From the NCBI GenBank assembly GCA_964057225.1, contig OZ059898.1:20708001-20772000 (forward strand): a DNA stretch of 64,000 bases. Reading direction: 5' to 3'. Numbering within the stretch: the stretch's first letter is position 1; each line of letters begins with the position of its first letter. A program made the position numbers and the translations under genes. Positions 56,801-64,000 of the stretch are shown one piece after another. The notes beneath the pieces were generated by a model. It worked only from the letters and a program-made list of their open reading frames with translations. It had not been told where the DNA came from and did no database searches. The DNA comes from Auanema rhodensis (lineage: Eukaryota; Animalia; Nematoda).

Positions 56801-59800
56801 CCCCATGTCCATATTAGTCTAAAAACAAATTTTTATTGATATTGGTTCATGGTCACCATGACTTTGAAATTTACGTGAACTTTAATTTATGCTAATTAAA
56901 TGTACACGTGATGTGCACTTGGTATGTAACTCGTTTCACGTGAAAGATAAAGAGATGCGGTTTTCAAAATTAGATTCCCCATGTCCATATTAGTCTATAA
57001 ACAAATTTATATTGATATTGGTTCATGGTAACCATGACTTTGAAATTTACGTGAACTTTAATTTATGCTAATTAAATGTACACGTCATGTGCACTTGGTA
57101 TGTAACTCGCTTCACGTGAAAGAAAAAGAGATGCGGTTTTCAAAATTAGTTTCCCCATGTCCATATTAGTCTAAAAACAAATGTTTATCGATATTGGTGC
57201 ATGGTAACCATGACTTTGAAATTTACGTGAACTTTAATTTATGCTAATTAAATGTACACGTGATGTGCACTTGGTATGTAACTCGCTTCACGTGAAAGAT
57301 AAAGAGATGCGGTTTTCAAAATTAGATTCCCCATGTCCATATTAGTCTAAAAACAAATTTTTATTGATATTGGTTCATGGTAACCATGACTTTGAAATTT
57401 ACGTGAACTTTAATTTATGCTAATTAAATGTACACGTCATGTGCACTTGGTATGTAACTCGCTTCACGTAAAAGATAAAGAGATGCGGTTTTCAAAATTA
57501 GATTCCCCATGTCCATATTAGTCTAAAAACAAATGTTTATCGATATTGGTTCATGGTCACCATGACTTTGAAATTTACGTGAACTTTAATTTATGCTAAT
57601 TAAATGTACACGTCATGTGCACTTGGTATGTAACTCGCTTCACGTGAAAGATAAAGAGATGCGGTTTTCAAAATTAGATTCCCCATGTCCATATTAGTCT
57701 AAAAACAAATTTTTATTGATATTGGTTCATGGTAACCATGACTTTGAAATTTACGTGAACTTTAATTTATGCTAATTAAATGTACACGTGATGTGCACTT
57801 GGTATGCAACTCGCTTCACGTGAAAGATAAAGAGATGCGGTTTTCAAAATTAGATTCCCCATGTCCATATTAGTCTAAAAACAAATTTTTATTGATATTG
57901 GTTCATGGTAACCATGACTTTGAAATTTACGTGAACTTTAATTTATGCTAATTAAATGTACACGTCATGTGCACTTGGTATGTAACTCGCTTCACGTGAA
58001 AGATAAAGAGATGCGGTTTTTAAAATTAGATTCCCCATGTCCATATTAGTCTAAAAACAAATTTTTATTGATATTGGTGCATGGTAACCATGACTTTGAA
58101 ATTTACGTGAACTTTAATTTATGCTAATTAAATGTACACGTGATGTGCACTTGGTATGTAACTCGTTTCACGTGAAAGATAAAGAGATGCGGTTTTCAAA
58201 ATTAGATTCCCCATGTCCATATTAGTCTAAAAACAAATTTTTATTGATATTGGTTCATGGTAACCATGACTTTGAAATTTACGTGAACTTTAATTTATGC
58301 TAATTAAATGTACACGTGATGTGCACTTGGTATGTAACTCGCTTCACGTGAAAGATAAAGAGATGCGGTTTTCAAAATTAGATTCCCTATGTCCATATTA
58401 GTCTAAAAACAAATTGTTATTGATATTGGTGCATGGTAACCATGACTTTGAAATTTACGTGAACTTTAATTTATGCTAATTAAATGTACACGTGATGTGC
58501 ACTTGGTATGTAACTCGCTTCACGTAAAAGACAAAGAGATGCGGTTTTCAAAATTAGATTTCCCATGTCCATATTAGTCTAAAAACAAATTTTTATTGAT
58601 ATTGGTTCATGGTAACCATGACTTTGAAATTTACGTGAACTTTAATTTATGCTAATTAAATGTACACGTGATGTGCACTTGGTATGTAACTCGCTTCACG
58701 TGAAAGATAAAGAGATGCGGTTTTCGAAATTAGATTTCCCATGTCCATATTAGTCTAAAAACAAATTTTTATTGATATTGGTTCATGGTAACCATGACTT
58801 TGAAATTTACGTGAACTTTAATTTATGCTAATTAAATGTACACGTGATGTGCACTTGGTATGTAACTCGCTTCACGTGAAAGATAAAGAGATGCGATTTT
58901 CAAAATTAGATTCCCCATGTCCATTTTAGTCTAAAAACAAATTTTTATTGATATTGGTTCATGGTAACCATCACTTTGAAATTTACGTGAACTTTAATTT
59001 ATGCTAATTAAATGTACACGTGATGTGCACTTGGTATGTAACTCGCTTCACGTGAAAGATAAAGAAATGCGGTTTTCAAAATTAGATTCCCCATGTCCAT
59101 ATTAGTCTAAAAACAAATTTTTATTGATATTGGTTCATGGTAACCATGACTTTGAAATTTACGTGAACTTTAATTTATGCTAATTAAATGTACACGTGAT
59201 GTGCACTTGGTATGTAACTCGCTTCACGTGAAAGATAAAGAGATGCGGTTTTCAAAATTAGATTCCCCATGTCCATATCAGTTTAAAAACAAATTTTTAT
59301 TGATATTGGTGCATGGTAACCATGACTTTGAAATTTACGTGAACTTTAATTTATGCTAATTAAATGTACACGTGATGTGCACTTGGTATGTAACTCGCTT
59401 CACGTGAAAGATAAAGAGATGCGGTTTTCAAAATTAGATTCCCCATGTCCATATTAGTCTAAAAACAAATTTTTATTGATATTGGTGCATGGTAACCATG
59501 ACTTTGAAATTTACGTGAACTTTAATTTATGCTAATTAAATGTACACGTGATGTGCACTTGGTATGTAACTCGCTTCACGTGAAAGATAAAGAGATGCGG
59601 TTTTCAAAATTAGATTCCCCATGTCCATATTAGTCTAAAAACAAATTTTTATTGATATTGGTTCATGGTAACCATGACTTTGAAATTTACGTGAACTTTA
59701 ATTTATGCTAATTAAATGTACACGTGATGTGCACTTGGTATGTAACTAGCTTCACGTAAAAGATAAAGAGATGCGGTTTTCAAAATTAGATTTCCCATGT

Positions 59801-62800
59801 CCATATTAGTCTAAAAACAAATTTTCATTGATACTGGTTCATGGTAACCATGACTTTGAAATTTACGTGAACTTTAATTTATGCTAATTAAATGTACACG
59901 TGATGTGCACTTGGTATGTAACTCGCTTCACGTGAAAGATAAAGAGATGCGGTTTTCAAAATCAGATTCCCCATGTCCATATTAGTTTAAAAACAAATTT
60001 TTATTGATATTGGTTCATGGTAACCATGACTTTGAAATTTACGTGAACTTTAATTTATGCTAATTAAATGTACACGTCATGTGCACTTGGTATGTAACTC
60101 GCTTCACGTGAAAGATAAAGAGATGCGGTTTTTAAAATTAGATTCCCCATGTCCATATTAGTCTAAAAACAAATTTTTATTGATATTGGTGCATGGTAAC
60201 CATGACTTTGAAATTTACGTGAACTTTAATTTATGCTAATTAAATGTACACGTGATGTGCACTTGGTATGTAACTCGCTTCACGTGAAAGATAAAGAGAT
60301 GCGGTTTTCAAAATTAGATTTCCCATGTCCATATTAGTCTAAAAACAAATTTTTATTGATACTGGTTCATGGTAACCATGACTTTGAAATTTACGTGAAC
60401 TTTAATTTATGCTAATTAAATGTACACGTGATGTGCACTTGGTATGTAACTCGCTTCACGTGAAAGATAAAGAGATGCGGTTTTCAAAATCAGATTCCCC
60501 ATGTCCATATTAGTCTAAAAACAAATTTTTATTGATATTGGTGCATGGTAACCATGACTTTGAAATTTACGTGAACTTTAATTTATGCTAATTAAATGTA
60601 CACGTGATGTGCACTTGGTATGTAACTCGTTTCACGTGAAAGATAAAGAGATGCGGTTTTCAAAATTAGATTCCCCATGTCCATATTAGTCTATAAACAA
60701 ATTTTTATTGATATTGGTTCATGGTAACCATGACTTTGAAATTTACGTGAACTTTAATTTATGCTAATTAAATGTACACGTGATGTGCACTTGGTATGTA
60801 ACTCGTTTCACGTGAAAGATAAAGAGATGCGGTTTTCAAAATTAGATTCCCCATGTCCATATTAGTCTAAAAACAAATTTTTATTGATATTGGTTCATGG
60901 TAACCATGACTTTGAAATTTACGTGAACTTTAATTTATGCTAATTAAATGTACACGTGATGTGCACTTGGTATGTAACTCGCTTCACGTGAAAGATAAAG
61001 AGATGCGGTTTTCAAAATTAGATTCCCTATGTCCATATTAGTCTAAAAACAAATTGTTATTGATATTGGTGCATGGTAACCATGACTTTGAAATTTACGT
61101 GAACTTTAATTTATGCTAATTAAATGTACACGTGATGTGCACTTGGTATGTAACTCGCTTCACGTAAAAGACAAAGAGATGCGGTTTTCAAAATTAGATT
61201 TCCCATGTCCATATTAGTCTATAAACAAATTTTTATTGATATTGGTTCATGGTAACCATGACTTTGAAATTTACGTGAACTTTAATTTATGCTAATTAAA
61301 TGTACACGTGATGTGCACTTGGTATGTAACTCGCTTCACGTGAAAGATAAAGAGATGCGGTTTTCGAAATTAGATTTCCCATGTCCATATTAGTCTAAAA
61401 ACAAATTTTTATTGATATTGGTTCATGGTAACCATGACTTTGAAATTTACGTGAACTTTAATTTATGCTAATTAAATGTACACGTGATGTGCACTTGGTA
61501 TGTAACTCGCTTCACGTGAAAGATAAAGAGATGCGATTTTCAAAATTAGATTCCCCATGTCCATTTTAGTCTAAAAACAAATTTTTATTGATATTGGTTC
61601 ATGGTAACCATGACTTTGAAATTTACGTGAACTTTAATTTATGCTAATTAAATGTACACGTGATGTGCACTTGGTATGTAACTCGCTTCACGTGAAAGAT
61701 AAAGAGATGCGGTTTTCAAAATTAGATTCCCCATGTCCATATTAGTCTAAAAACAAATTTTTATTGATATTGGTTCATGGTAACCATGACTTTGAAATTT
61801 ACGTGAACTTTAATTTATGCTAATTAAATGTACACGTGATGTGCACTTGGTATGTAACTCGCTTCACGTGAAAGATAAAGAGATGCGGTTTTCAAAATTA
61901 GATTCCCCATGTCCATATTAGTTTAAAAACAAATTTTTATTGATATTGGTGCATGGTAACCATGACTTTGAAATTTACGTGAACTTTAATTTATGCTAAT
62001 TAAATGTACACGTGATGTGCACTTGGTATGTAACTCGCTTCACGTGAAAGATAAAGAGATGCGGTTTTCAAAATTAGATTCCCCATGTCCATATTAGTCT
62101 AAAAACAAATTTTTATTGATATTGGTGCATGGTAACCATGACTTTGAAATTTACGTGAACTTTAATTTATGCTAATTAAATGTACACGTGATGTGCACTT
62201 GGTATGTAACTCGCTTCACGTGAAAGATAAAGAGATGCGGTTTTCAAAATTAGATTCCCCATGTCCATATTAGTCTAAAAACAAATTTTTATTGATATTG
62301 GTTCATGGTAACCATGACTTTGAAATTTACGTGAACTTTAATTTATGCTAATTAAATGTACACGTGATGTGCACTTGGTATGTAACTAGCTTCACGTAAA
62401 AGATAAAGAGATGCGGTTTTCAAAATTAGATTTCCCATGTCCATATTAGTCTAAAAACAAATTTTCATTGATACTGGTTCATGGTAACCATGACTTTGAA
62501 ATTTACGTGAACTTTAATTTATGCTAATTAAATGTACACGTGATGTGCACTTGGTATGTAACTCGCTTCACGTGAAAGATAAAGAGATGCGGTTTTCAAA
62601 ATCAGATTCCCCATGTCCATATTAGTCTAAAAACAAATTTTTATTGATATTGGTTCATGGTAACCATGACTTTGAAATTTACGTGAACTTTAATTTATGC
62701 TAATTAAATGTACACGTCATGTGCACTTGGTATGTAACTCGCTTCACGTGAAAGATAAAGAGATGCGGTTTTTAAAATTAGATTCCCCATGTCCATATTA

Positions 62801-64000
62801 GTCTAAAAACAAATTTTTATTGATATTGGTGCATGGTAACCATGACTTTGAAATTTACGTGAACTTTAATTTATGCTAATTAAATGTACACGTGATGTGC
62901 ACTTGGTATGTAACTCGCTTCACGTGAAAGATAAAGAGATGCGGTTTTCAAAATTAGATTTCCCATGTCCATATTAGTCTAAAAACAAATTTTTATTGAT
63001 ACTGGTTCATGGTAACCATGACTTTGAAATTTACGTGAACTTTAATTTATGCTAATTAAATGTACACGTGATGTGCACTTGGTATGTAACTCGCTTCACG
63101 TGAAAGATAAAGAGATGCGGTTTTCAAAATCAGATTCCCCATGTCCATATTAGTCTAAAAACAAATTTTTATTGATATTGGTGCATGGTAACCATGACTT
63201 TGAAATTTACGTGAACTTTAATTTATGCTAATTAAATGTACACGTGATGTGCACTTGGTATGTAACTCGTTTCACGTGAAAGATAAAGAGATGCGGTTTT
63301 CAAAATTAGATTCCCCATGTCCATATTAGTCTATAAACAAATTTTTATTGATATTGGTTCATGGTAACCATGACTTTGAAATTTACGTGAACTTTAATTT
63401 ATGCTAATTAAATGTACACGTGATGTGCACTTGGTATGTAACTCGCTTCACGTGAAAGATAAAGAGATGCGGTTTTCAAAATTAGATTCCCTATGTCCAT
63501 ATTAGTCTAAAAACAAATTGTTATTAATATTGGTGCATGGTAACCATGACTTTGAAATTTACGTGAACTTTAATTTATGCTAATTAAATGTACACGTGAT
63601 GTGCACTTGGTATGTAACTCGCTTCACGTAAAAGATAAAGAGATGCGGTTTTCAAAATTAGATTTCCCATGTCCATATTAGTCTAAAAACAAATTTTTAT
63701 TGATATTGGTTCATGGTAACCATGACTTTGAAATTTACGTGAACTTTAATTTATGCTAATTAAATGTACACGTGATGTGCACTTGGTATGTAACTCGCTT
63801 CACGTGAAAGATAAAGAGATGCGGTTTTCAAAATTAGATTCCCCATGTCCATATTAGTCTAAAAACAAATTTTTATTGATATTGGTGCATGGTAACCATG
63901 ACTTTGAAATTTACGTGAACTTTAATTTATGCTAATTAAATGTACACGTGATGTGCACTTGGTATGTAACTAGCTTCACGTAAAAGATAAAGAGATGCGG
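47882..64000. repeat. Variant domain 4 (markers ccctat, aaagac, gcgatt, atactgg, actagc, ctataa) with 5-, 10- and 15-mer duplications
   Basis: These markers were seen only above about 49 kb, in repeated fixed order. Confidence 0.75.
58089..63368. repeat. Higher-order tandem duplication, 15-monomer (2640-bp) unit
   Basis: 58089-60728 and 60729-63368 share the order of ccctat, aaagac, gcgatt, gtttaaaa, actagc, atactgg and ctataa monomers. Confidence 0.9.

Larger units (their letters stand above)
1..64000. repeat. 176-bp tandem satellite array (363 full monomers + partial), candidate centromeric/pericentromeric satellite
   Basis: CATGACTTTG recurs at 1, 177, 353, ... Phase holds to 63897 with a net +8 offset (7 x +2, -5, -1). 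No orientation switch or foreign insertion was seen. The centromeric assignment is inference from unit length, AT content and homogeneity. Confidence 0.99.

Noticed and set aside
33-59359. 18 near-identical 60-aa ORFs (MLIKCTRDVH...)
   Set aside because: Each exists only where T135C turns the in-frame TAG (135-137) into CAG. The other ~345 monomers stop after 34 codons. The ORF simply runs over one repeat unit into the next, with no recognisable domain or gene context.
1-64000. CRISPR array or repeat-spacer system
   Set aside because: There are no unique spacers. The entire 176 bp is repeated and no cas or other genes are present.
1-64000. Single regular higher-order repeat across the window
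   Set aside because: Duplication offsets vary locally (1, 2, 3, 4, 5, 6, 7, 9, 10, 15, 52 monomers) and marker sets change along the array.
1-64000. Synthetic concatemer or pure assembly artefact
   Set aside because: Nested, position-dependent shared variants and chimeric monomers are what natural satellite evolution produces. Individual block duplications could still be misassembled.
1-64000. Embedded transposon, inversion or telomeric repeat
   Set aside because: Monomer phase is fully accounted for by nine small indels, so there is no room for an insertion. All units read in the same orientation.

Overview
The whole 64 kb window is one uninterrupted, head-to-tail, single-orientation tandem array of a 176-bp AT-rich monomer (about 32% GC by hand count). 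It holds 363 complete monomers plus a 104-bp partial one and continues past both window edges. Consensus: CATGACTTTGAAATTTACGTGAACTTTAATTTATGCTAATTAAATGTACACGTGATGTGCACTTGGTATGTAACTCGCTTCACGTGAAAGATAAAGAGATGCGGTTTTCAAAATTAGATTCCCCATGTCCATATTAGTCTAAAAACAAATTTTTATTGATATTGGTTCATGGTAAC. Most monomers differ from it by 0-5 substitutions. I found only nine length variants: seven +2, one -5 and one -1, which exactly account for the +8 phase shift at the window end. This is eukaryotic satellite DNA, and its nucleosome-sized unit and high homogeneity suggest a (peri)centromeric array (inference). I do not recognise the family or species. I find no credible genes, RNA genes, transposons or CRISPR; the 18 '60-aa ORFs' all come from one TAG>CAG variant. 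The interesting structure is internal. The monomer is rich in dyads, has three ACGTGA cores spaced 32-33 bp apart, and has one conserved and one variable half. The array has about four sequential variant domains, with local higher-order duplications of 3-15 monomers and chimeric monomers marking recombination junctions. Variants are written in monomer coordinates (position 1 = C of CATGAC) and were read by eye.
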